Source: Candidatus Pacearchaeota archaeon (lineage in GTDB: Archaea; Nanobdellota; Nanobdellia; Pacearchaeales; GW2011-AR1). From it: a stretch of 64,000 nucleotides of DNA. Both the position numbers and the translations under genes were made by a program. The stretch covers positions 43,703 through 107,702 of the forward strand of contig JASFEO010000001.1 in NCBI GenBank assembly GCA_050124795.1, given 5' to 3'. The notes beneath the pieces are model-generated. The model was given only the letters and a program-made list of their open reading frames with translations. It had not been told where the DNA came from and searched no databases. How positions within the stretch are numbered: the stretch's first letter is position 1; each line of letters begins with the position of its first letter. Shown here one piece after another: positions 28,535 through 38,834 of the stretch.

Positions 28535-28732
28535 AAATTCTTCCTGTGAAATTCCTGTTATTCTGCAGATTTTTTTGAAAATTCCAATTGTTGTGGGCGG
28601 CAAAACAACTGTTAAATGAACTTTCCCATTTGAAAGTGTTATGTGACTTCCACCCCTGCTTTTTACTTCATAACCTTTTTTAATTAAGACCTTGATTATT
28701 TTTTCACCTTTGATAACTTTTGGAGTTTTCAT
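28529..28732 (-). CDS. hicA: HicA-family toxin
   Basis: IIKVL.KKGY..RGGSH..I...GIS.EEF. Confidence 0.8.
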   Translation of the reverse strand: MKTPKVIKGEKIIKVLIKKGYEVKSRGGSHITLSNGKVHLTVVLPPTTIGIFKKICRITGISQEEFL

Positions 28733-28805
28733 TTTATCTTTTTAATAATAAAAGATATTTTTATTTAAAAAACTTGTTTCACAAAAAATAGAAATTAAAT
28801 TTTAA

Positions 28806-30854
28806 CTACGCTAGTAGTTTACTTGCTCCATTCTCTTTTTTAAACTTTAAAACATTTTCAACAAAGCCTTCGATTTTTTGCTCGTGACTAACAATAATTA
28901 ATTGTTTGATATTTAATTCCTGCAAAACATCACGCATCTTGTCTAACTGCTGTTCACTAAATCCGTCTGTTGGTTCATCTAAAATCACCAAGTCACGGGT
29001 TTTAATTTTGCTCATTAAAGAATTAATAACCTGATTTAAACTAAGTCTATACGCAAGGGCAATCGCAGTTCTCTCGCCTCCTGACAAATACTGATAATCA
29101 ATTTCATAATCCTGCTGCTCAATTATCGGCGTGAAGTCGTCGCTTAACCTCACTTCAAAAGAATCTGAAACCAGCATACTAAACCATTCATTAAGAAGTT
29201 TTGAAAATTCATGTTTTAATTTTATCATTACATTTCTCTCGATAAAAGAAATCAGGGAAACAAACTTTTTAGTAAGCCAATTCTCAACTTTAGTTAATTT
29301 CTCTAAATTTTTTTTCACTTCTTCTGACTTTATTATTCTATTTCTAAGTTCCTCAATTTGATTGCTGAATACAGAAATTTCTTTTTTCAACTCTGCCAAT
29401 TTAATCTCCGCAATTTTTTCAAGACGCAAATCATTTTCAAGTTCACTTTTTTTCTCATCAAATAATTTATCAAATTTTGAGAGTTCTGAAAAACTTATTT
29501 TCATTGTCTCAACATGCCCTGCCAATAATTCAATATCTTTATTTAAAGAAATATTTGATTTTTTAATTTCTTCAAGCCTCTCGCTTTTTTCCCTGATTCC
29601 CTCAAGACGAATTTTTAAAATTTTTAATTCTCCAATTTCTTTTTCTTTTTCAAAAATAGAAAAATTAACTTCCTTAATTTTTTCTGTTATTTCATTTTTT
29701 GCAAATTCAAGTTCTTCTGATTTATTTTTATTTTTTGATAGATCATTATGCAGGTTATTTAAAACATTGGCGCGATAAACTGCATCAACTTTTTGCAGGC
29801 AAGTCGGACAGCTCTCCAGATTGGAAATCTTTTGCTTTAATTTTTCATTTTCAGAATTCTTCAAATTTACCGACGCTATTTCAGAATTAATCACAATTTT
29901 TTCTTCTTCAGATTTTTCTTTTTTCTTTTTTAATAAATTAATCTCTTTCTCAAGTTCGCCAATCTTCTCCTCATCGAAATTAATCTCCGACAATTCACTT
30001 ATCTGATTATTTATATTAACAACTAATTTCTCATTTTCTGAAATTGAATTCTTTTTTGTTTTTATCACAATATCTGTTTTTTCAATTTCCTGCAAAATTT
30101 TATTTTTCTCTTCAATCTTTTTCGACAACTCTTCTTTCTCATTTTGAGTTTTTATTCTTTTTTCTTTTTTAGAAAAAACCTCGCGTTCAACTGATGACAA
30201 ATTAATTTTCAAACTCTCCAACTCATTTTCCTTTGCTGTTAAATTAATTTTATCTTCTTCTAAATTTATAGTCATTCCCTCTTTCAATCTTTTTTCTTCT
30301 CTTATCTTCGCTGCAACCAAATATGTGTTTTCCAAAATTCTTTTATACTTGTCAATTCCAAAAACATGCCTTAAAGTATTTATTCTTGTTTCATTGTCCT
30401 GCAAAATTATTTGCTTCATTTCTTCCTGCGGCGTGTAAACTGTAAACTTGTATAGAATATTTTGTTTTTTTGAAAATTCAGTTGGATAATTAAGAAGTTC
30501 AAGAACCCTTGTTTTTAATTCCGTAACAGAAAGTTCATGCTTCTCGCCATTGATTGTGATTGCGCAATAATCCTGTGAAATTGTTTTTCCTTTTTTTAAA
30601 GTTCTCTCAATAATTATTTCCTTGTCGTCAATATTAAATTCAATTATAACTCCTCCGGCATCAGTTGAGTTTTTTAAAAGTGCAGAACCGCGTTGTCCTG
30701 GCTGCAAACCAAATAAAGCAAATTCTATTCCCAGCAAAATTGAAGTTTTTCCTGAACCAATGTCGCCTGACAAAAGAGTCGAACCTTCTGGAAAATCAAC
30801 TGTTTCATTTTCATAACTTCTGATATTATTTAATGTAATTTTTTTTAATAGCAT
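28806..30854 (-). CDS. rad50: Rad50/SbcC DNA repair ATPase
   Basis: Walker A GDIGSGKTS, CPTC zinc hook, LSGGE signature, ILDEPT, VSH. Confidence 0.93.
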   Translation of the reverse strand: MLLKKITLNNIRSYENETVDFPEGSTLLSGDIGSGKTSILLGIEFALFGLQPGQRGSALLKNSTDAGGVIIEFNIDDKEIIIERTLKKGKTISQDYCAITINGEKHELSVTELKTRVLELLNYPTEFSKKQNILYKFTVYTPQEEMKQIILQDNETRINTLRHVFGIDKYKRILENTYLVAAKIREEKRLKEGMTINLEEDKINLTAKENELESLKINLSSVEREVFSKKEKRIKTQNEKEELSKKIEEKNKILQEIEKTDIVIKTKKNSISENEKLVVNINNQISELSEINFDEEKIGELEKEINLLKKKKEKSEEEKIVINSEIASVNLKNSENEKLKQKISNLESCPTCLQKVDAVYRANVLNNLHNDLSKNKNKSEELEFAKNEITEKIKEVNFSIFEKEKEIGELKILKIRLEGIREKSERLEEIKKSNISLNKDIELLAGHVETMKISFSELSKFDKLFDEKKSELENDLRLEKIAEIKLAELKKEISVFSNQIEELRNRIIKSEEVKKNLEKLTKVENWLTKKFVSLISFIERNVMIKLKHEFSKLLNEWFSMLVSDSFEVRLSDDFTPIIEQQDYEIDYQYLSGGERTAIALAYRLSLNQVINSLMSKIKTRDLVILDEPTDGFSEQQLDKMRDVLQELNIKQLIIVSHEQKIEGFVENVLKFKKENGASKLLA

Positions 30855-30923
30855 TTTCTCTTTTATAATTTAGAAATTTTTTAGTATATAAAATTAGTTG
30901 TGATAAAAAATAGCTTTGAGGTT

Positions 30924-31733
30924 TTAGAGATATTTTGCCATTGCCTGAAGAATTTCATATGAAGCTTTTCTTCTGTCATCAACTGTTCCTTTTTTGACGA
31001 GAATATTTTTTCCATTTTCTTTTTCATAAACATTTCCTGCAGTTGTTATTGCTCCGCCAATTATAAGAATTGAATTACTGCAATCCTGAACTGCCAAGTC
31101 CGGAGTGTATAATTGTTTTTGACCTTTTCTTTGAACTCCTGCCCATTTTATCCCTGGCGTAACTTTCTTAAAATCATAACCCATTTTTTCCAGACCTCCT
31201 GCTTTACTTGCAGGGCAAACAACTCCGTCAAGACCCCATCTCCTTGCAAGTTCTGTTCTTCTCTCAACTAATTCATCATATCTAGTATTTATTCCTTCTT
31301 TTTTTAAATCACTGTCATCAATGCTTGTTAGAACTGTTACTCCTATAACTCCAGGTCTTTCAATTCCTCTTTCCTGAGCTCCCTTGTATGCTCCTTCAAG
31401 AGCTTTTTCACACATTGGTTCTCCGCTCTCTCCAAGATGAATATTAAAAAAAGAAACTCCTGGAACCGCGCTCGCTTTTGCTGCACCATAAACCGTATTC
31501 GGGGTATCATGATATTTTAAATCCAAAAATGAGGAACCTTTTTTATTATAAATTTCTCTTACAATTGGGACCCCTTCATTGCATGCAGAAGTATGTAACT
31601 CTTTTCCTATTTTGCACATCCCCACCAAGTCAGACAATTCTCCTGCAAGACTTAATGCTTCAGAAGTTGTTGGAACATCCAAAGCTAAACAAACTCTCTT
31701 TCTTGCTTGTTCTTCTTTTTCTGTTAGTTTCAT
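30924..31733 (-). CDS. pyrF: Orotidine 5'-phosphate decarboxylase
   Basis: LALD, KIG.EL, FLDLKYHDTPNTV, VTVLTS, DGVVC, TPGI. Confidence 0.93.
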   Translation of the reverse strand: MKLTEKEEQARKRVCLALDVPTTSEALSLAGELSDLVGMCKIGKELHTSACNEGVPIVREIYNKKGSSFLDLKYHDTPNTVYGAAKASAVPGVSFFNIHLGESGEPMCEKALEGAYKGAQERGIERPGVIGVTVLTSIDDSDLKKEGINTRYDELVERRTELARRWGLDGVVCPASKAGGLEKMGYDFKKVTPGIKWAGVQRKGQKQLYTPDLAVQDCSNSILIIGGAITTAGNVYEKENGKNILVKKGTVDDRRKASYEILQAMAKYL

Positions 31734-32114
31734 TTTATTTTAGATTATTAATCCAGAAAATTTTTTTGGTTTAAAAGAATTGTTGTTCTACAGAACTATC
31801 TTTTTCAATATCCCCTTTCATAACCTAAATTATTATTTTGCCCATATCCTTTTTGCTCTTCAATTTTTTTCAACTTTTTAGCATTTTTTAAAAGTGCCTC
31901 AAGATTTGCAACTTTTTCCTTCATAGTTATTGGATTACCTTCTTCTTTCATATAAATATATAGGCATTTACTTTTTTAAATTTTCACTTTTTTTATTAAG
32001 AACCTCAAACAACTCTTTTTCAGATCCATGTAAATTTTTTTCTTCACTTGCGATTAATAATCTTTTAATCAGATTTAATTCCTGTTTTTTAATTTTTATT
32101 TTTATTTGATTTAA

Positions 32115-32795
32115 TTATCCCTTTAAGATTCTCTTAAAAAATAAACTTTCTCTTTCTCCACTGCTCATTTTTTCTAGTTCATAATCTTTTAGTAATTCAC
32201 ATAAACTTTCTTCGCAATCCCTTACTACTTTTGCTGCTGAAGAAATCCCAGAAACAATAAAAATCATTGAGGAGTTTGAACTTATTATTGTCAGCACTTG
32301 CTTGATAACTGCTCTTGGGACATCATCTTTTTTAACAAATAAAACATGCTTTTCTATGTTCCCCAGAATATCCAAAATATCTTTTTTAAATTTCTCAACG
32401 GAAATTATATTATCTATAATTATTCCAATGTATCGGTTGAGGATTCCATTTTCAACGAATTGCGCTATGTGCAATCCTTTAACATCATATTTATTGAAAA
32501 TTTTCGTTCTAAGGTTTTGCTTTCTGTCTTCCTCTTTATCCCGTTCGAGACTTCTCAATGTCAAACCCATTTTTAACAAAAAGAGCATTTCTTTATCCTC
32601 AATATAAACTTTGTAAAAAGCTAGTTCTCCTGATTTGTATTGTTCCTTAACTCTTTGGATTGTTTTTTCATCCTGAATAAATGCAAGTTCTTTATCCCTG
32701 AATTTAGTTGCTAGTCTTTTGATAAAATCTTCCCCCCATTGCAAGAATCCTTGTGTTGCTCCTTTTGAAGCGCTTTCTATTGGATCATAAGACAT
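32115..32795 (-). CDS. Hypothetical protein (second gene of a coupled pair)
   Basis: Start MSYDP at 32795 with GGAG upstream; overlaps the upstream small gene. Confidence 0.7.
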   Translation of the reverse strand: MSYDPIESASKGATQGFLQWGEDFIKRLATKFRDKELAFIQDEKTIQRVKEQYKSGELAFYKVYIEDKEMLFLLKMGLTLRSLERDKEEDRKQNLRTKIFNKYDVKGLHIAQFVENGILNRYIGIIIDNIISVEKFKKDILDILGNIEKHVLFVKKDDVPRAVIKQVLTIISSNSSMIFIVSGISSAAKVVRDCEESLCELLKDYELEKMSSGERESLFFKRILKG

Positions 32796-33027
32796 CTCCA
32801 AACTCCTCAAAATATTTAGAGAGGCTTATTTCATTATCATCTAAAATTATAGTGCTTCCAGGCAGAATAACCATGTTAGCCACTCTAACAGGAATCTCCA
32901 AATATTTGTCTAAGATCTTCTTCCCAGATTCATCTAAAACATACTCTCCATCAGAATCATAGCCTAATTCTTTTAGGAGCTTTATTTTAGATTCCACAGA
33001 AACTTGTTTTAATGAAACTAACTCCAT
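32785..33027 (-). CDS. Small acidic hypothetical protein
   Basis: 80 aa with its own TTTAAATA box; coupled to the next gene. Confidence 0.65.
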   Translation of the reverse strand: MELVSLKQVSVESKIKLLKELGYDSDGEYVLDESGKKILDKYLEIPVRVANMVILPGSTIILDDNEISLSKYFEEFGDVL

Positions 33028-33081
33028 TTTATTATTTAATAAATTAAATGTATTTAAATATTTAACTTTTATGAATTGTAA

Positions 33082-34242
33082 TTACACCCCAAAAATCTTC
33101 CTCGCCTCTTCCATTAAGCGATTTGTAAAAACTTCTGCTGTTTCACCTTCCTGCTTTTCAGTTTGCAAAGAATTAATTAATTGAGGAACTAAATCATTAA
33201 ACTCTGCAGGGTTCTCATCATTATAAATTTTAATTGCATCGCGTTCAACATTTTCTGAATCACGAATTTCCCTCTCCAGTTCAATTTCTTTTTGATTAAG
33301 TCCGTGAGTATTTCTCAAAACAAAATACGCATTTTTTGATTTTGCAAATTCTTCAATCTTCTGAAAATTAATATCTGAATTTTTCCCATTTTCTAACTCT
33401 CCTTCAATTCTTAATAAAACAATCTTGTCATTTAATTCAACCTTGCTTAATTCTGAAATTATTTTTTCAGTTGCACCAATTGTGTCATTAAATTCAAACT
33501 TTAAAGAAAGGATATCTTTAATTTTTATTTTTATTTTTTGCAGAGGGTTTTCGCTCTCAGTGTCAACTAAATAAAATCCTCCATATTTTAAGTCTTCTAA
33601 TTCCTGGAAGTTATTTGGGAATAATGGTCCAGGATAGACAAAGTTTTTGTATTGAAAGTCAATGTGCAAGTGACCCATTGCATAATAATCTGCATTTGGC
33701 AAATTTTCTGTTTCTATTGAGTCGATGGGAAGTGTTCCTTTTGCCTTGTCAATTGTTGTGTGAAGTGCGAAAATTTTAAAGAGCCCCGGAGAATCATTTA
33801 ATTTTATCCGACGCAAATCCTGAATTTCAAGACCAGACTTTTTTCCAGGATAACCATAAAGCGCAACACCTTTGTAAATTACTGGTTCTAAAATAATTTT
33901 TTCTTCATCCTCAACAGAGTTTGAAATATTTTTGCAAAATCCTGCGCACTCCAAAACATCTAAAAAAGTTTTTCCTGAAACAGAGTAGTCGTGCGAACCT
34001 GCAATTATAAAACAATCAATCTGCGCCTGGTTTAATTTTCTGAATTCTGCAAAAGTCTCTTTTAGGATTTCAATTCCCGGATATGCTGAGTCAAACAAGT
34101 CCCCTGCAATTAAAACAAAGTCAAGTTTTTTCTCAATGCAAATTGAAATTGCCTGTCTAAAAGCTTCAAAATTTAATTCCTGCATTTCGCGGGTTTTCCA
34201 TCCACCTAAGTGGACGTCGGAGATGTGTGCAAAGCGTACCAT
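33082..34242 (-). CDS. mre11: Mre11/SbcD nuclease
   Basis: SDVHLG, AGDLFD, GSHD, ALH, GHLH, YPG phosphoesterase motifs. Confidence 0.93.
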   Translation of the reverse strand: MVRFAHISDVHLGGWKTREMQELNFEAFRQAISICIEKKLDFVLIAGDLFDSAYPGIEILKETFAEFRKLNQAQIDCFIIAGSHDYSVSGKTFLDVLECAGFCKNISNSVEDEEKIILEPVIYKGVALYGYPGKKSGLEIQDLRRIKLNDSPGLFKIFALHTTIDKAKGTLPIDSIETENLPNADYYAMGHLHIDFQYKNFVYPGPLFPNNFQELEDLKYGGFYLVDTESENPLQKIKIKIKDILSLKFEFNDTIGATEKIISELSKVELNDKIVLLRIEGELENGKNSDINFQKIEEFAKSKNAYFVLRNTHGLNQKEIELEREIRDSENVERDAIKIYNDENPAEFNDLVPQLINSLQTEKQEGETAEVFTNRLMEEARKIFGV

Positions 34243-34310
34243 AATTTGAAAAAGACAAAGACAGGTTTATATAATTTTATGTAGTGTTTTTGTGGATTGT
34301 TGAGGGGATG

Positions 34311-34934
34311 TTAAACTCCTTCAAAAAACTTAATAGCAAAATTGCAGAAATCAATTATAACTTCTTTATCTAATTCAAATTCTTTTCTTTTTCCTAAATA
34401 ATTTTGGCTTGTTGGACTTATTTCTTTTCCCTTTTTTAGTTCTTCGTAAGTTATACATTTTATGTGTTTCTTAGATACAATAATAAAATATGCATTTTCA
34501 AAAGGATAATTTTTTGGCAAATCTTTAAAAGAAAATTCTTCTTTTGCTCTGAATTTTACTTCAACAAAGAATACCTCTTTTCCTTTTTGAACAACAAAAT
34601 CAGGCATTCTTCTAATATTAGTTGCAACATCTCCCCGAACGCCTTTTAGCAATTTCATAATTCCCGGAACAGTATTTTCCATACCATATCTAAAAACATT
34701 ATAATCCAATGACAAAAATAATTCTTCAATTAGGGTTTCAGCAATTCTCCCTTTAATCATTCCTTCCCTATATCTACTTTCTTTTTCATCTAAACCACTT
34801 TTTTCTTCAATAGGCTCTTCATTTGAAATTCCTTTCTGGCAATCTCTACACAATACTTTTCTATAATTATCTTTAGAATAATCATAAACTTTTTTTGTAA
34901 TCTCTTCTTTGCAATTTGAACAATAATAATCCAT
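34311..34934 (-). CDS. Zn-ribbon plus PD-(D/E)xK nuclease-like protein
   Basis: CSNC..CRDC, GRIAE, MPDFVV, FVEVKFR. Confidence 0.7.
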   Translation of the reverse strand: MDYYCSNCKEEITKKVYDYSKDNYRKVLCRDCQKGISNEEPIEEKSGLDEKESRYREGMIKGRIAETLIEELFLSLDYNVFRYGMENTVPGIMKLLKGVRGDVATNIRRMPDFVVQKGKEVFFVEVKFRAKEEFSFKDLPKNYPFENAYFIIVSKKHIKCITYEELKKGKEISPTSQNYLGKRKEFELDKEVIIDFCNFAIKFFEGV

Positions 34935-35047
34935 AATTAAATTTGTAAAATTCGCTTTAAATAATTTTATGTGATAAAATTTAATTTATCATTCTAAATC
35001 CTCGAATAACACGCATAAATCCCCCCGCCAAAAACCTTAAAAACTAT

Positions 35048-35065
35048 TGTATCATATTAGATACA
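35048..35065. promoter_or_regulatory. Operator-like inverted repeat TGTATC-N6-GATACA
   Basis: Lies between the TATA-like box and the ATG of the HTH-MNT gene. Confidence 0.5.
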
Positions 35066-35066
35066 T

Positions 35067-35645
35067 ATGTATATTAATAAAAACAAAGAACTAAAAGTAA
35101 TATCTTTATTTAGAAGAAATTATAATTCAAGATTTTATTTAAGACAAATAAGCAAGTTGTCAAAACTCCCCCTTAAAACATGCCAGAATATTTTGCATGA
35201 ATTAGAAACTTCTAAGATCCTCAAAAGTAAAACAGAAGGAAAAAATAAATATTTTTTTCTGAATCTCGAAATCATAAAAACAAAATTAATTTTGCAGCAG
35301 GCAGAGATTTATCAAACAGATTTATTCATGGAAAAATATCCTCAATTTAAAATTTTCTTAAAATCAATTAAGGCTCATGCTTTAATTATAATCTTTGGGA
35401 GTTTTGCAAAATTTACTGCAAATAAAAATTCTGATTTGGATTTATTAATTGTTTCTAACAAAAAAGTCGAACTACCTTTTCATTTGCTTTCATTTAAACC
35501 TCATGAAATTAATCTTACTGAAGAGATTTTCTTAAAATCAATTAAGGAACAGGAAAATTTAATAAAAGAAATTGAGGAAAACCATATAATCCTAAATAAT
35601 CATTCATTTTATGTAAATGCAATATGGGAGAATTATGCAAAATAA
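35067..35645 (+). CDS. wHTH plus minimal nucleotidyltransferase (MNT) antitoxin
   Basis: YLRQISKLS HTH; FGSFAK..SDLDLL. Confidence 0.85.
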   Translation: MYINKNKELKVISLFRRNYNSRFYLRQISKLSKLPLKTCQNILHELETSKILKSKTEGKNKYFFLNLEIIKTKLILQQAEIYQTDLFMEKYPQFKIFLKSIKAHALIIIFGSFAKFTANKNSDLDLLIVSNKKVELPFHLLSFKPHEINLTEEIFLKSIKEQENLIKEIEENHIILNNHSFYVNAIWENYAK

Positions 35646-36102
35646 AAAATTAAATTGGTGCTTTAAAATTAAAGATGGTCTAAAAATAGTTGAACCAAAT
35701 GAAAGACTTTCAAAATCTTATCTTGATAATGCAAAATCTTCTTTACTAAGAGCAAAAAGAAATTTCGAAGAAAAAGATTTTCTCTGGACAACTGTTGCAA
35801 TTTATTATTCTGAATATTATGCGCTTTATTCTTTTCTGCAAAAAATAGGAATAAAATGCGAGAATCATTCGTGTTCAATTTTAGCTGTAAGTATATTATT
35901 AGGAGAAGGCAAAATAAAGATAATCAATGAACATAAAGAAAAAAGAATAGATGCTCAGTATTACATGAAAGTCGGACAGGAACCAAAAATCAAGATAATG
36001 CTCAAAGAGGCACAGGATTTTATTTCAATGTTTGATGAATTAATTTCCAATCTTTCTGAAAAAGAAATTAAAAATTACAGAAAGAAGTTAGATACTTTTT
36101 AG
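35635..36102 (+). CDS. HEPN-domain protein
   Basis: YYSEYY, ENHSC, RIDAQY; start MQNKK after GGGAG. Confidence 0.82.
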   Translation: MQNKKLNWCFKIKDGLKIVEPNERLSKSYLDNAKSSLLRAKRNFEEKDFLWTTVAIYYSEYYALYSFLQKIGIKCENHSCSILAVSILLGEGKIKIINEHKEKRIDAQYYMKVGQEPKIKIMLKEAQDFISMFDELISNLSEKEIKNYRKKLDTF

Positions 36103-38205
36103 TTTTTCACTCTTCAAAAACAACCCAACTAACCTCAACTCATCATAACTAAATTCTTCATTAAAATAATCATAAATTGGCTTTAATCTTTCAAAACCAA
36201 ATTTTAGAAATGCATCTTTTATTAATTCAAATTTTTCTTTCTCAGGCATCAAATATTCAATATCTAAATTTTCCCCTGAATCAATTAATCTTTCAATATG
36301 TTTAACAATTGTGCCTTGTGTTAAATCCTGCTCTTTTGCAATTTCACTAATTGACATTTTTTTCTCAATAAATTCTTTTGTTTTTTCTTTTCCAAATTTC
36401 CCTCTTGTTTTAATTATTCTTTTCTCATTACTTGAATTCTTTTCTGCATAAGCAGAAATCACCCTTAAAAAAACCTCACCAAACTCCTCTACCTTATGTT
36501 TGCCAACTCCCTTAATTTCTAAAAATTCTTGATTTGTCTTAGGTTTATAATGACTCATTTCAATGAGCGATGCATCACCAAAAATAACAAAAGGCGGAAC
36601 ACCTCGACTTTCTGCAAGTTTTTTTCTAAGTAATCTCAACTTTTCAAAAAGTTCCTTATCATACTCAAGTTCATTTGCATCTTTTCTCTTTTCAATTACC
36701 TCTCTTTCCTTCATTGGAATTTTAATCTGGTTTTCATTTTCTAAAAATTCTCTTCCTTCAAAAGTCAAAGACAGCGTCGGATAGTCACCTTCACTTTTAT
36801 GAATCAAATTTTCATTTACTAAATATGAAATAATTTCTTTTAATTCTTCAAGTGAATAATCCTTGCATTTACCATACACAAAAAACTTCTTGTGCCAGTC
36901 TTTAACATCTTTTTTTCCTAGCAAAATTTTTGCAATATAGTTTGCTCCAAAATAGGCTTTTGTTAAATCAATCGTCGTCAAAATATCTTTTGAAATTTCT
37001 GTAACATCAGTTAAGTCTTTTTTTGTTAAGCAAATATCGCATGAGTTGCATTTTTCAAATTCCGCCCTTTCACCAAAATAATTTAATAAATATTTTTTTC
37101 TGCAAATACGACTCTCAGAATAATCAATAATTTTTTGCAAATTCTCTAATTTTTTCTTTTTCACATTTTCATCCTCAATATCTTTAAAGAAAAATTCATG
37201 CTTTCGCTTGTCAGCAATTGAATAAAACAAAACACAGTCGCTGGGCAGTCCGTCCCGGCCAGCCCTTCCAATTTCCTGATAGTATCCTTCTAAAGTTTTT
37301 GGAAAAGTATGATGAATCACAAGTCGAACATCTGGTTTATCAATTCCCATTCCAAATGCAATAGTTGCAACAATTATGTTTACCTTGTCTTTAATAAAAA
37401 GTTCCTGATTATTTTTACGTTCTTTTTTATCTAACCCAGCATGATAAACAGTTGCACTAAAACCTTTTTCAATTAAATCATTTGCCATTTTCTCAGTCTC
37501 TCGTCGCGAAAAACAATAAATTATAACTGACTCATTTTTGTAATTCTGCAAAACCTTAGAAATTTTTTCAAATGAATTTTTCTTTTTTCTTAAGATAATA
37601 TTTAAGTTCTCTCGATTAAAACTTGATACAAAAATATTAGGTTCATTTAAATTTAATTCTTCAACAATGTCTTGTCTTACTTTTTCAGTTGCTGTCGCAG
37701 TCAGGGCAATAATTGGGATGCGCGGAAAAGTGTTTCTTAATTCTTTTAAATTCCGATAATCAGGTCTAAAGTCATGTCCCCATTCAGAAATGCAGTGCGC
37801 TTCATCAACTGCAATTAAACTAAGATTAATTTCTTTTAAGAATTTTTTAAAACCTTCATTTGCAAGTCTTTCAGGAGCAACATAAAGAAGTTTGATTTCT
37901 CCATTTAAAATTCTAATTTGTATGTCTGTAATTTCTGCAAAAGATAATGATGAGTTGATAAATTCTGCTGGAATTCCGTTTGCCTTTAATGAATCAACCT
38001 GGTCTTTCATAAGAGCAATCAGAGGAGAAACAACAAGTGTAACACCGTCGAGTTTTAATGACGGAAACTGATAGCACATGGATTTGCCACCTCCGGTAGG
38101 CATTATTACAAAAGTATCTTTTCCGTCAAGGACGGAATTAATTACCTCTTTTTGCATTGGGCGGAATTCATCATAGCCGAAATATGTTTTTAGAGTTTTT
38201 AGCAT
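36088..38205 (-). CDS. recQ: ATP-dependent DNA helicase RecQ
   Basis: MPTGGGKS, DEAHCISEWGHDFRP, QEIGRAGRDG, RQC zinc site, HRDC, C-terminal HTH. Confidence 0.97.
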   Translation of the reverse strand: MLKTLKTYFGYDEFRPMQKEVINSVLDGKDTFVIMPTGGGKSMCYQFPSLKLDGVTLVVSPLIALMKDQVDSLKANGIPAEFINSSLSFAEITDIQIRILNGEIKLLYVAPERLANEGFKKFLKEINLSLIAVDEAHCISEWGHDFRPDYRNLKELRNTFPRIPIIALTATATEKVRQDIVEELNLNEPNIFVSSFNRENLNIILRKKKNSFEKISKVLQNYKNESVIIYCFSRRETEKMANDLIEKGFSATVYHAGLDKKERKNNQELFIKDKVNIIVATIAFGMGIDKPDVRLVIHHTFPKTLEGYYQEIGRAGRDGLPSDCVLFYSIADKRKHEFFFKDIEDENVKKKKLENLQKIIDYSESRICRKKYLLNYFGERAEFEKCNSCDICLTKKDLTDVTEISKDILTTIDLTKAYFGANYIAKILLGKKDVKDWHKKFFVYGKCKDYSLEELKEIISYLVNENLIHKSEGDYPTLSLTFEGREFLENENQIKIPMKEREVIEKRKDANELEYDKELFEKLRLLRKKLAESRGVPPFVIFGDASLIEMSHYKPKTNQEFLEIKGVGKHKVEEFGEVFLRVISAYAEKNSSNEKRIIKTRGKFGKEKTKEFIEKKMSISEIAKEQDLTQGTIVKHIERLIDSGENLDIEYLMPEKEKFELIKDAFLKFGFERLKPIYDYFNEEFSYDELRLVGLFLKSEKLKSI

Positions 38206-38299
38206 AACAAAAAGAAATTAAAAAGTTGTTTTTATAATTTGTTATAATTAATTGCTTTGCAAAAGAAAGTTTTATAATAATCTCTTCTTTTTTACTTTA

Positions 38300-38695
38300 A
38301 TGAAACCAAAAGTTCTCTGCATTTGCACAATGGGATTAAACAGAAGTAAATATATTGCAGAATATCTAAGAGAGAAAGGTTATGAAACTCGTTATGGGGG
38401 TATTGGACCATGCAGAGTTGATCCTGAACCTGCAAATCCTGTAAAGAAAAAAGATTTGGATTGGGCAGATATAATTATTGCTGCAAGAGAGAAACATAAA
38501 CCAATTCTTAAAAATGATTTTGGAATTAAAAATAAAAAGATAATTACTTTGGAAGTTAGTGATTCAAGAAAAAAAGCTGCTGAAACTCATCCTGAATTTA
38601 AGGACATTGACCAGAAGAAATTTAACGAGGTTTGGACTTATCCAAAATTAAGACAAGCTTTAGAAGAGCATTTGCCTTTGGGGAGATATCTTTGA
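38300..38695 (+). CDS. Low-molecular-weight phosphatase-like protein
   Basis: CTMGLNRS (CX5R) and LDWADIII. Confidence 0.7.
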   Translation: MKPKVLCICTMGLNRSKYIAEYLREKGYETRYGGIGPCRVDPEPANPVKKKDLDWADIIIAAREKHKPILKNDFGIKNKKIITLEVSDSRKKAAETHPEFKDIDQKKFNEVWTYPKLRQALEEHLPLGRYL

Positions 38696-38743
38696 TTTAA
38701 AATTAGAAATATAAACTTTTCGCGAGATTAAGATCCCTCACTC

Positions 38744-38790
38744 CTTGATCATTTAGTGCAGCCCTAAAAATTTTCTACAGAAAATTTTTA
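38744..38790 (+). repeat. ~47-bp dispersed element, copy 1 (inverted relative to 42354-42401)
   Basis: CTTGATCATTTAGTGCAGCCC followed by the perfect palindrome TAAAAATTTTCT-AC-AGAAAATTTTTA. Confidence 0.7.
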
Positions 38791-38834
38791 CTTAGTAACA
38801 TTTAAATATCTCTCATTTTTCTTTTCATAAAAGT

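Noticed and set aside
31790-32110. Short ORF fragments between pyrF and the two-gene cassette
   Set aside because: About 50 aa or less, one without a clear start; possibly decayed genes but not identifiable
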